64,000 nucleotides of DNA. Source: Paragordius varius (Eukaryota; Animalia; Nematomorpha). Below the pieces are notes generated by a model. The model did no database searches and was not told the origin of the DNA. It was given only the letters and a program-made list of their open reading frames with translations. Numbering within the stretch: the stretch's first letter is position 1; each line of letters begins with the position of its first letter. The stretch lies in NCBI GenBank assembly GCA_964247055.1, contig OZ176050.1:6386001-6450000 (forward strand), read 5' to 3'. Made by a program: the position numbers and the translations under genes. Shown here piece after piece: positions 50,186 through 61,453 of this stretch.

Positions 50186-52516
50186 CTAATGTCCTTTGAT
50201 CCCATACATTGAATTTATGGCGCGTCCAATCACTAGCTGTCGAATTTCATTAGTTCCTGCCCCAATTTCATAAAGTTTGGCATCGCGTAAAAATCGACCG
50301 GTAGGATAATCATTTATGTAACCGTTTCCGCCTAAAAATAAAAAATAACGAAATTTTTACTTTTTTTATATAAAATTTTTTTTGATAAAGACAATAAAAT
50401 TAATTAATTTTTTGTGATATATTTTTGCAAAATTAATACATAAAAGTTTAACTATAATATTCACATCAAATTTTATATTTTGAAAAAGATTGCCTTTCTG
50501 TTTTATATTTAAGTATTTCATTGTAATATTATTTAAGATATAAGAATATTGCTTTTAAATTATTAAACTAAAATGTTCACCTAAACATTGGATTGCGTCG
50601 AGGGCGACTTTGGTAGCCTTAGATGAGGTTAAATATATGGTGGCCGTACAATCCTAAAATTTATTACATACAACTCAATTAATATAATTTTTCCGACAAT
50701 CAGACTAGAATGTTTATAATACTAATGTATAAGTTTTTAATAAATCGATTTATGAAAACCAGTTTAACATTTGGATACAACACATTCATTTTAGTCCTTC
50801 GATTCAAATTGGGGTAGTTGGATACCCCAGGCCTATTTAAAATTGAATAATTTAAAAAATATAGAAGGAATCAAAACCTTGGCAAAATATGCACATTTAT
50901 AACATTAATAAACTAAAATATATGAAAAATTTTATTCAAAAATACTTGATATTATTTATTTTAAGCTAAAACCGAAAGGTAAAAATTTCGTCAACGTGAC
51001 ATGTGTGAAATTTAAAAAATAATACAAAATAAACCATTTTATCTTTTTCTATCAATGTTAGATGTGATTTAAATAAAAAATTAGCTTTCATTTTAGCTTT
51101 AAAATCAAATAAACACGATATTTTGCAAAAATGCTGTAAAATAAAGGCGTCGAAGTAGTTTAATATGGAACTTTTTTTCTAAAACCAAATTTTATTTAGG
51201 TATTTCGGCATATTTATATAATTTTGATTAGGATAGAAGCATAAATCTAAATTGGGACTATTTCTTTCAGTATTTTTTCAAAAATATAAATTTAAATATA
51301 GTCTGGGGTATTTAGATACCCCAATTTGAATCGAAGTGTTAAATTTGTCCAATTATTATATTTTTCTCATTTCCAAATATTTGCATTTAAGCTTTACCAA
51401 ATTTTAATTAATTAAGTAAATACAACATTACATTAAAAATTATAATTATCTCAGTTAATAAAAGAAATTGGTTTATCCCGAAAACTTTGTTCAACATATT
51501 ATACCAAGTCTGGTGGATTAATATCATAATATTTCCAAAAAAATAAGTACGAAAAATTCCTTAATGTGTATTGTCAAATTTTATTTTAAAAACATAATAA
51601 CCATTGGTAAATTTTCGCCTCTGTCAATGGCGGACGCCACACTGTATAAATAAGAACGAGAGCTCACTAAATCCATGTACATATCAGCCATCTTAGCTTG
51701 CATTATCTGGAAGATACAAATAAAACATATTGTGTAGGTCAGTTTTAAATAATTGTAAAATTAATAACTGACAACATAATTATTTTTAACTAAATATACA
51801 GTTTAAAGTCTCTTTTTTCCTTTTTTATTAAAGGGTAAGAATTTCAATTGTATCCGGACTTGTAAAGGCTTTAACACTCGCCTGCCCAGGGCTGACAGTG
51901 ATGATGGAAAAATTGCAGAGTTTCGGGGTTGGAACTTTGACACGCAGTGTAAGAGTTCGGCGCCCTTGTAAAGAATGACATAAAATTTTTAATAATTGAT
52001 CATAGTATTATATTGACCGGTACCTAACATTTTTAGTATGTGTCAAATTACATTTAATAAATTTTAAGCCGCCTAAAATTTTATAAATCATAAAAAAACA
52101 AATTGAGGTAAAGTTTGAAATAGTTTAAATAACATCCATAATTAATTAGTGTGTTAATCAATGGCCCAAACAGCAATAATTTTAAAAAATAAACTCTAAA
52201 TAATTTATATTGATTAATCCACCATTTTGTGCAAAATTTTCGTTTCTACCTGAAAAGTGCCTATCGGCTGATCAAATGCCTTTCTTTCGTGACAATATTT
52301 AAAAGCCACATCGCAACAAGCTTGCATGATACTATATAATATGTATAAAAACTATTGAAAAAAAATTTCAATGTTTTGGTCGAAGTAGTGATTTATCTAA
52401 AAAAATTCATATTTTTTTCTTTGAAATTATATTTTACGCGCCTAGTAGCATTGGTTATAATGAATATATTAAATTTCTATAATAGGATGAGAGCGTTGTT
52501 GAAAGGCCATATTATG

Positions 52517-52585
<69 letters not shown>

Positions 52586-55309
52586 TTAAATACTGACATA
52601 TAACGTTTACGTTCGTTTTTTTTCACCATATTTATCTATCAAGCTTGCATATTATGCTAAATATTTTTATTGTAATTATTATATATATATATATATATAT
52701 ATATATTTAATGGCAAAAAAATATTGCCCAATATATACGTATATCAAATTTCATTTATATTATTAAGTGGATTACCCAACTGGCCCGGCAGCCAAAATTA
52801 ATCGTTCATAATCCAATCCCGACATGAGAACTTTATCGCCGCCATTCACTTTTCCCAACACGTTTTCTTCTATTTACATAACATGCAAAGGTAAGTTAAA
52901 AATAAACAGATCAACACCAAAGTAAGTAAATTTTAGTTATCCTTTCAATATCCCACCTCTTTTAATTACCAAATATTGTTTTAATCAATTATTATGCAGT
53001 AAATTTTAAACTTGGGATTCTTGTGCACTCTGTTAAATTCACAAAGAGTTGGTTTATATGTTAAATAATTTGATTGTGCAAAAAATGTTGTGTAACACCT
53101 GAATAAATAATAAAAAGGCGATAATTAGTGCCAATGTTGAAGGTAAATATTTCTATCCACCATTAATCATAATGGGCTAAACTAGACAAAAATGTATTAA
53201 ATACCAACTATTTAATAAAATAATTGACCACAACTATTACTCACGATATTACGCAATATTATATGGTAGTATTTAGGTATTTTTAATTAAAACAAAATAC
53301 TTGGCACTATACAGTTTTCAAAAACTAATTCGCAAGTGTTAGACCCCCGCATACCCATTTTATCGAGCTTTGGAGATACACTGAATCCTTTGGCTCCCTA
53401 AAATGCAAAATTATAAATTAAATTTTGCTGTCATTGATGTCAGAATTAAAAAAATAATTTTTTAACAAAAAAAGGTTAAATAATAAAACATAAAATGATT
53501 TGTCTTTTAACAGTTACAAGTACGAACACTGCAAATTTGGTAATTTTTTATTTATGTATTATATTTCTTTAAATATATTGCAGCTTATGTACATTCTGCC
53601 CCTCTTAAACTCTCAATATTTTATAGCTAAATCAATAAATAAGTACAAATAGACAAAAAATTAATTAAAACATCTATTATATGATAATATAATTTACAAA
53701 ACAATAAATTAAATGCAATATAAAATTTTTATAAATTAATCAAACCTTTTCAACCAAAAATGCTGTAATATTTTTGTGCTTTTGTACGGGTTTTAATGGT
53801 TTAGGATGTTCTGATTGGAATACAGTTGGAGTCCTGGCATATATGATAAGAACATCGGCATCTGGCCCGTTTGTTATCCAAAATTTGCTGCCATTTATAA
53901 CATAATGATCACCTATAATATAATATAAAATTTGTAATTTTGCTCTTAATATTAGTGTTCATTGAATGTCATTGTCCCCTTATCAAATCGAAAAAGAATA
54001 ATCCAAAATATACACATAATGCGTATTCGTTTTTAGAGTAATAAGTGTAAAAAAGAAAATTGTCCTATATTTAATTCCAAAAAAGGCTAGCACTAATCAT
54101 AACGTTATTTACTAAAAAAAATATTTTTACTATATTTTTATATTATGAAAGAGTTTATACACTTGATTATTTATAAATTTGTGGTTTTTTTTAATATTTC
54201 AATACGCAAATAATTATGTAAAATAATTTAAGCGATATGCTCATATAAACATTAAATTAAAAATAATTATAAAATGTGAAAATAAAAAATAAATTAAGGA
54301 CCATGCCTAAATAAATTTTAGAACCGACATAAAAAATTTTTTATATTCTCTAGGTCAATTTGGAGTAATTGATGTTTTAAATTATAAAAACATGCATAAT
54401 TTATAGACATTGTGTTATTATTGTATTAAATCAAAATAATTCAAAATTGACATAATAAGAAAATTAAAGTATATCTATAGCCAAAATGTTTCAGTATTAA
54501 TGAAAATTTTTTACGTCTACCTCCTTTGGAAAGAGAAAATAGCGTATAAAAGAAAATTTTAAAACTAGATTAATATTTTAAAATTATATTGTAAAAAAAA
54601 TTAAAAATCTAAATTTTAGGAAAATTAAATACAATACTTTTATATTACAAAACTAAATCTAAAACAGCATAGGGTCACCGTAAAAACTTAGTATATAGGG
54701 AAAAACCTTTTTCAATGGCTGTTGTTTTCATTGAAAATACATCTGAACCAGAGCCAACTTCACTCATTGCAAGTGCACCAATTTGATCACCAGAAATTAA
54801 CTATTATTATGATTTAAATATAACTTTGGGTAGATATTTTCGTTTTTGTTGTTCGTTTCCGTTTCGAACTATCTGGTTAATGGATAGATTAGATTGCACA
54901 CCGTAACTTAGTCCAATGGAAGCACTTGATCTAGATATTTCTTCCATAACTATACAATGCTCCAAATAACCCATATCGGAACCTCCATATTCATCTGATT
55001 TTAGCTATATATTATACTTGGAGCTGTAACTCCTAACAAACCAAGATGCCCCAATTTCTTAAAAAAGTCCTTAAAATAAAAAATGTAACGAATACTTTAA
55101 AATTTGGAAATATATTATTTTTATCAATATCATATGCAAAGGGAGATAATTCTTTTGTTGCGAATTCAAAAACCGTATTTCGTAGCTATATTTTCAAAAA
55201 AAATTAATACTTGTATTTGTTCTGGAGTCAAATTATATAATTTATCATTGATGGGAAAATTGTTATACAAGCGTTTCAAAAAACACCAAGGGACGTTGAT
55301 TTTTTTCAT
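50186..55309 (-). CDS. IVD: Isovaleryl-CoA dehydrogenase, mitochondrial (acyl-CoA dehydrogenase family), 12 exons
   Basis: Exons 55309-55211, 55185-55096, 55069-55018, 54994-54825, 54800-54707, 53912-53746, then approximately 53400-53303, 52870-52775, 52330-52246, 51710-51604, 50656-50582, 50330-50186. Motifs: [124 protein letters not shown]. The N-terminus looks like a transit peptide. Confidence 0.95.
50768..51338 (+). mobile_element. Intact family-Y piggyBac-like MITE (571 bp) in an IVD intron
   Basis: TTAA|CATTTGGATAC ... GAATCGAAGTG|TTAA, plus an internal inverted block TTCGATTCAAATTGGGGTA / TACCCCAATTTGAATCGAA. Confidence 0.8.
51805..51967 (-). mobile_element. 5'-truncated copy of a tRNA-derived SINE in an IVD intron
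   Basis: The minus strand has a B-box-like GTTCCAACCC, a head similar to the 61322-61453 copy, and the same 3' tail TTACCCTTTAATAAAAAAGGAAA. Confidence 0.65.
52517..52583. repeat. (TA)n microsatellite (one interruption) in an IVD intron; a second run lies at about 52680-52706
   Basis: Direct reading. Confidence 0.9.
54801..54824 (-). other. 24-nt micro-intron (IVD intron 4)
   Basis: GTTATATTTAAATCATAATAATAG. Removal gives KYLPK|LISG; retention gives an in-frame TAA. Confidence 0.92.
54995..55017 (-). other. 23-nt micro-intron (IVD intron 3)
   Basis: GTATAATATATAGCTAAAATCAG. Removal gives GVTAPNEYGGS. Confidence 0.9.
55070..55095 (-). other. 26-nt micro-intron (IVD intron 2)
   Basis: GTATTCGTTACATTTTTTATTTTAAG. 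Removal gives FPNFK|DFFKKLG. Confidence 0.9.
55186..55210 (-). other. 25-nt micro-intron (IVD intron 1)
   Basis: GTATTAATTTTTTTTGAAAATATAG. Removal gives LTPEQIQ|LRNTV. Confidence 0.9.
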
Positions 55310-55771
55310 TGCATCAAACCATCCGGAATGTAGAGTGGGTGTGTCTCTGGCCTTGTCGAAGTTCAAAATTGGTCTTAAATTTATAAAAGAAAATAAATTA
55401 ATAATTTTTGTATAAGGTAAAACGTGTAAATTTAAGTTTTATTTTCAGCGAAACGGTCATGAGAGACAACCTGCGTATGTTTATGACGTCAGCTTTAAGA
55501 TTGTATCTTTTTTTATTGTGTCCATTAATCTCGTTTTTGGGCTCCTACCTTATCGCCCTCAACAATATGGTCCATCGTTTTGCAATATATTGAGTATCTT
55601 TCTTAACATGCCCAAATCAACGTACTCAAAGCGATTTCAAAAAGCTTATATGAGTGGTGCACAGACTGCTGCACACAGGCCGCATTCGGCCCTTAAAGTG
55701 CTTTATTATGGCCCTGGATTATATTGAATAATTTTTGCTTAGAAATACTAGTTGATTATAATATTTGGTTT

Positions 55772-56132
55772 TATATATACCATTTCCAATTCAAATTCAC
55801 CCTTGAACAATTCAAATTCACCCTCGAACAATTCAAATCCATCCTAAAAATAAATTATGTGTTTTTGGGCTAACATAATTCATCATTAATATAAAATATT
55901 TTCTTATGGCATAATTTATTATTTTTTGTGTAGTATATATATTTTACAGGTAATATTTTTTTAAAATATAAAAAAAATATAGGTAATTTTTAATCTTAAA
56001 AAAAACATTTCTTTTAGGTTGAATTTGAATTTGTTTGAGGGTGAATTTGAATTGTTCAAGTGTGAATTTGAATTGTTCAAGGGTGAATTTGAATTTTTTA
56101 AGGGTGAATTTGAACTGTAAATGGTATATATA
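55772..56132. mobile_element. Foldback-like MITE family W, second copy
   Basis: TIRs TATATATACCATTT.CA.TTCAAATTCACCCTT / AAGGGTGAATTTGAACTGTAAATGGTATATATA with 21-bp tandem units. The central part is the reverse complement of the centre of the 42187 copy. Confidence 0.75.
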
Positions 56133-56329
56133 AAAACACCTGTTATTTTTTCCATTATAATATAAGTTAATGTGAAGAGTTTCTGGCTTATTTCTTAGTA
56201 TTATATTTATAACTAGACTAATTTTAAAAAATTCTGAATAAACCTTAACCGATCGAAATCGGAAAAATGAATTAGTGGTTGTGCCCTTTAATTTATACTC
56301 CATAATAAAGATCAGACAAGAAAGAATTG

Positions 56330-56860
56330 GAAAAACTTTAGCTTGTGATTCAACTATGCACGCATCTCAATTCATCTTAGTTTACTGACCATAAAAATTT
56401 CAATCGGTATATTAATTAGGCACACCAAGATTAGTTCCGAAATTAACTAAGAATATCTATTTTCCCACAAAACAATATAAGGGAATGTTTCTCAGCATAA
56501 TTAGCAATTTTAATTGTATTTCTAAAAAAATGGTCTCTACTGATGGTTTGTTATATTATTGGAATCAATAAGGGACTTGTTTCTCTTTTAAAGACAAATG
56601 CAATTAAATAAACCTTTTATCATTTCATCGATTAGCAAAAATTAGTTTAACCCGTAGAAGATAATTATCTAAATTCAGTAATTAAAAAGTTGTGGATATA
56701 GTTAAACAAATCCGTGATAAGAAATATAACCGTCATAGATTTAAAAATCTGTTAATGAATATCTCAGTAAACTTGAAAAAATATTTTAATATGCAGCAAG
56801 AGATAGTTCCGTCTGAGTATTTTGAATGAATTTTTGTTTAATACAGAAAATTTTATTGTT
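56330..56860 (+). pseudogene. Highly decayed hAT (GTF2IRD2-like) transposase fossil
   Basis: Scattered in-order fragments LACDSTMHASQFILVY (cf. LALDESTD..AQL), VSTDG and VVDIVKQIRDKKYNRHRFKNLL, interrupted by many stops. Confidence 0.45.
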
Positions 56861-57390
56861 TATTAAATAACCTAAAGTTGGACGAAGACATCAATAATGA
56901 CAAATAGTGAGTTCACTTGCTATCCTTTCCGACATTAATATATAAATGAGGTTTATGAATTAAACATGCCAATTTCCAAAACGACTCAAGAAGAAAATAT
57001 GAAAATCACAAATGAAATGAACTAATAATAGGCCATCCATTTTCGAAAATCCGTGGCATAAGGATACAAATTAAACAAAAAGAAATGTGCCCCCAATTAT
57101 CTTTACAATTTCCACACATATACATGCAAAGCTTATCCAAATATAAAATATGTATGATATCACTTGACAGATGCCCATATGAATGACGTATTAGAATTAG
57201 CCTCTCATGAAGATAGATCAAATTTGTTTGGGAACGTTAGTTAATATACAAATATGTCCTAAAATATTTGTATTTTCAACTAAAGTGAAGAGGCACTTGC
57301 GATTTATATAGGACCCGCAAAAATTTTCGGTGTCCTAATTGTAGAAATGTATGTATATGGCATCTTCAATTTTTGTTGATAGTATATGGT

Positions 57391-60300
57391 TAAGGTGACT
57401 AGACGTCCAGCTTTTGGCGGGACAGTCCCGCTTTTTCACACTATGTCCCGCGTCCCGCTACGTTTTTAAAATGTCCCACTTTTTCACGATTATATAAAAA
57501 AAAATTTTTTTAATACAAATAAATTTTTTTTATCCGTTTAATTTTTTTATCATTAAATATCTTTAATATCTATATAAATTTTAAATTAAAATTTTTTATT
57601 TTTAAATTAATATTTATTTTTTTCGAATTTATATCCAATGATTATACACTTTCCTTCCTATTACTACTGTCATCATTATCAAAAAGCCAAGTTAATACCA
57701 CAAATCTCTAGATTAAAAGACAAATTGATACCACAAATCGGTACCTTACACGTTTATTCCAGAAAATTAAGGTAATATAATATTTATTATACTAATATTT
57801 TAGTTTTATTACTTGCCAACATTATTAAAAAGCCAAATTAATACTACAAATCGGTAGCTTAAAAGACAAATTGATACCAAAAATCGGTACCTTACACGTT
57901 TATTCCAGAAAATTAAGGTAATATAATATTTATTATAATAATAGTAGTTTATAAATATGAGCACAAAAAGAGGTTGTAAATTCAACGATAAATTAATGAA
58001 AGATTTTCCTTTTATCAAAAAAACGAAGAATGAATCATCTGTTAAATATCTTATATGCGAGGGGGAATTCACCCTAGCACATGGCGGCAAGCATGATATT
58101 ACAAAGCATATAGAAACACAGAAACATAAAAAATGTTTAGATATGGCGGCATCATCTTACAAAATGAGCGATTTTTTTCGAAAAATCGCTTTTAGAGAAG
58201 AAGAAAAGAATTTGCCACTAGCTGAGGGCGTGTTATCTTTTCACGCTGTTAATCACAATCATTCCTTTAGATCTATGGACTGTACCTCACAGGTTATTCG
58301 CAAGTTATTACATTTAATAAATATGCCCGTACAAAGGCTGAAGCCATTGTGTGCAATGTCCTTTCGCCACATGCATTTTCTGAAATACAAAAAGATTTGC
58401 TGAAAATTAATTTCTTATCCCTATATTCTGATGCATCAAATTATTTCCCTTAATAAAATATTTTGATTCAGAAAAAGGATTAAAAATTAAAATTTTAGAT
58501 TTAATTTCTCTACCCTCCGAAATAATCTTTACTTCAATAATGCATATTCTAGAAAAAAATAATTTAAAAGAATATCGCATATTGCGCTAACAACACCAAT
58601 ACGAACTTCGGTGGAAAAGCAAGGAGGGGAACGAATAATATTCATAAATTAGCAGATAATCTTAATCCATACGTTATTGGCGTTGGGTGTGCAGCGCATA
58701 TATATACAACGCTATTCAAACAGCTGCTGATTTGTTACCCCTAGATGTGGAAAATGTAGTTGTTAAAAATTTTTTATCACAGGACAAATGTCCTACAACC
58801 TTTATAAAGTTTTTTGAAAGTGATTCTTCAATATGGTTAAACTTCTTACATAATCAAGCTTCTCTCTTTCAAAATGTTATTAAATTTATAGAAGGTGACA
58901 AAATTTTGGCAATCGAAGTAGCCAAAGAAGTTAGTAACCTAAAATTCCAATGTCAAGAACGGTTAGAAAATAATTTTATACCATTAACCATCCGCAATAT
59001 AATAAATAATTTAGAAAAACAAGGCTTAATAAATCGCCAAGATATCCTGTACCATATAAAAATGTTTTATACAAACTGTAAAGATTATTTGGAAGACTGG
59101 ACGACGCAATTCAATGAAATTGATCATTTTCATTGGATAACATTAAAATCAGAATTTAATTGGTGCGATGTTCAAAAATCATCTTTCAGAAAATGATTTT
59201 TTTTCTGAAGTATCATTAGTTAAAAGATATATTAATAATGAAAAATTGAAATTATGGACAAAAGAAATATACAGTAGAAAAGAAATGGTTGAAAATATTT
59301 CATCATTTTGAAGCCAACTATATTACATACAATAATATTTTAAAAATTGTGGAATTCGCACAATCTTTACCTGGAACCAACGCTGCTACTGAGCGCGTTT
59401 TTTCCACAGTAAATCAGGTGTGGACATCGGAAAAATCAAATTTAAATGTTGAAACTTTAAATCCCGTTTTACAAATATAATTTGATAAATTCTTGTGAAG
59501 ACTTCTACAATATTTTAATAAATGATGACAATCTGCTAAAAAGCATTCACTCAAACAAAAAATATACCAAATAAATATTTTCTTATATTTATAAAGTTTT
59601 TATGTTAAAAAATAAACAAAATTACTTAAAATATTGTATAAGTCTTCATAATTTGTCAAATTATTGAACACATAAAATGGCTTTTATTCAACATTTAAAT
59701 TTGATTCCGTGTCCTTACTTAATTTACTGTGGAAAATCGCGTTCAATAGCAGTGGTTCAGGTAAAGATAATGCAAATTCAACAATTACAATATTATTGTA
59801 TGGAACATAATTTGTTTAAAAATGATTATTTTAACCATTTCTATCCTACGTTTACTTTCTGTTGTCCATAATATAAGTTTTCATTCAATATATTTATTAA
59901 ATAATGAGACTTCATAAAAAAGTGTCATTGTGCACCGTCTTGTCTTCCAAATAATCGTTTCTGTTTGTATAAAACATTTTTATATTCTGGATATTCATTG
60001 AGCCTTGTTTTTCTGGATGCTTTATAATATTGCGATTAGGTAATGGTATAAAATTATTTTCTAACCTCTTTTGACTTGCGATTTTGACCTTTGTCCTGTG
60101 ATAAAAAATAGGATTCTTATGGATCACAATTTTATAAATAATACAATTGCTGGCAAAAGAGCTAACCAACAGTTCTACAATATCCAAGCATTTTAACATC
60201 TATATTTTCCACATCCAGGGGTAACAAATCAGTAGCTGTTTGAATAGCGTTGTGTATCTGTCAATAATGTTTTGATTGAGATTATTGGCTAAATTGTTAA

Positions 60301-60598
60301 AAATATTTTTTGTGCCCCTTCTTGCATCACCCAGCGCACTTAGTGATGATTTCGTCTTTATTATTTTTTTCTAGAATATAACAATCACTTCACCCTTTGT
60401 TCATGCACATGTAAATTTATTGAATAAGGTACAAACAACCTTTAAGGTACAAATTTTATATTTATAATGTATTTGTGTTAAAAATAAATATATATTATAA
60501 TAAATTTTTTGTATAAAAATTTTTGGTTGTACCCCCCAATGACCTCCCTTCTTCTCGGATTTGTCCCGCTTTTTCCTTCAAAAAATCTAGTCACCTTA
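57391..60598 (+). mobile_element. hAT DNA transposon, 3208 bp
   Basis: Perfect 13-bp TIR TAAGGTGACTAGA / TCTAGTCACCTTA and perfect 8-bp TSD TATATGGT (57383-57390, 60599-60606). GTCCCGC subterminal repeats. Tandem duplication with a period of about 146 bp at 57680-57950. Confidence 0.93.
57957..59480 (+). pseudogene. Fragmented hAT transposase
   Basis: ORFs 57957-58403 (zinc-finger-like N-terminus LICEGEF..HGGKHDITKHIETQKH), DASN, VGCAAH, 58687-59196 and 59289-59480 (LPGTNAATERVFS dimerisation motif), separated by frameshifts and deletions. Confidence 0.85.
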
Positions 60599-61321
60599 TA
60601 TATGGTGCATGCCTCTTTAGACCAGTAATACTTACCAAAAAAATTAAATGGTTGCAAAATATATTTATCTTGTCTAACCATATAATACCGATAAAAATTC
60701 CAAGCTGTTTAACACAAATGCAGATATTTATACCTAAAATACGGACATCAAAAAAATTGATAAACAACCTCATAAAAAGCACTTTTATGGCCACGGTTTA
60801 AGCACTGCTTTCAACAACAAAAATATTCGGCTCATTGGTAAGTTTTACTGATTTAATACAATAAATTTGAGCTAACCTTGAGACATTCACAGAGTGAACC
60901 GAATTGCGTTCCCTAAATCCAAAATTAATAATTAGTTTGAGCGCATAAAATTAAATGCAGCATATATTAGACTTTAATGAGTTCTTTAAGGCGAGCAATT
61001 TAAACAGCCGTTTCTGCTATTCACCAGTTTATCATACAATTTTCTTATTTCTATATGTAGTTCAAGTTTTATCAATTTTTTAAATTGAGTTTAATTCATT
61101 AATGAAGGGATGCTATTGTTTTCAAAGAGGAAAACGTAATTTGGGTGAATAATACTTAGGCGTACTAGAAAGGATCTAAACTTAGATTGCAAAGAACGGG
61201 GGATGGGGGGGGGTGTGGAAGGGTTTAAATAACTTCACAAGCCGTAAATAAAAAAAATCAGGCCGGCTACAATCAATAAATATAAAAACATTTATAAATA
61301 TTTTATAACTTTTAATATATA

Positions 61322-61453
61322 CATTTTAGATAAGACTCTCTTATTTCCTTTTTTATTAAAGGGTAAAGACTTAATTTGCGTAGCTTCGAGGTTCGAACTA
61401 TGGGACCCAGCGTATGAGTCCGGGGCTCTACCTACTATACCATCACGCCCTCC
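61322..61453 (-). mobile_element. tRNA-derived SINE with a 15-bp target-site duplication
   Basis: Minus strand GGAGGGCGTGATGGTATAGTAGGTAGAGCCCCGGACTCATACGCTGGGTCCCATAGTTCGAACCTCG has an A-box-like TGGTATAGTAGG, B box GTTCGAACC and a CTCATAC anticodon-like loop. Flanked by AACTTTTAATATATA at 61307-61321 and 61454-61468. Confidence 0.8.

Noticed and set aside
52355-52603. ORF with a (YI)n repeat
   Set aside because: It is the translation of a (TA)n microsatellite in an IVD intron.
55310-55366. In-frame upstream extension of IVD (MNFDKARDTP...) in the ORF track
   Set aside because: Starts at TTG. The ATG at 55309 gives a plausible transit peptide and a typical IVD length.
55944-56303. ORFs with repeated FKFTLEQ / NSNSPL units
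   Set aside because: Translation of the 21-bp tandem units of MITE family W.
61385-61453. Possible functional tRNA-Met gene
   Set aside because: No clear acceptor stem; it has a 15-bp TSD and a tail shared with a second, diverged copy, so it is better explained as a SINE.
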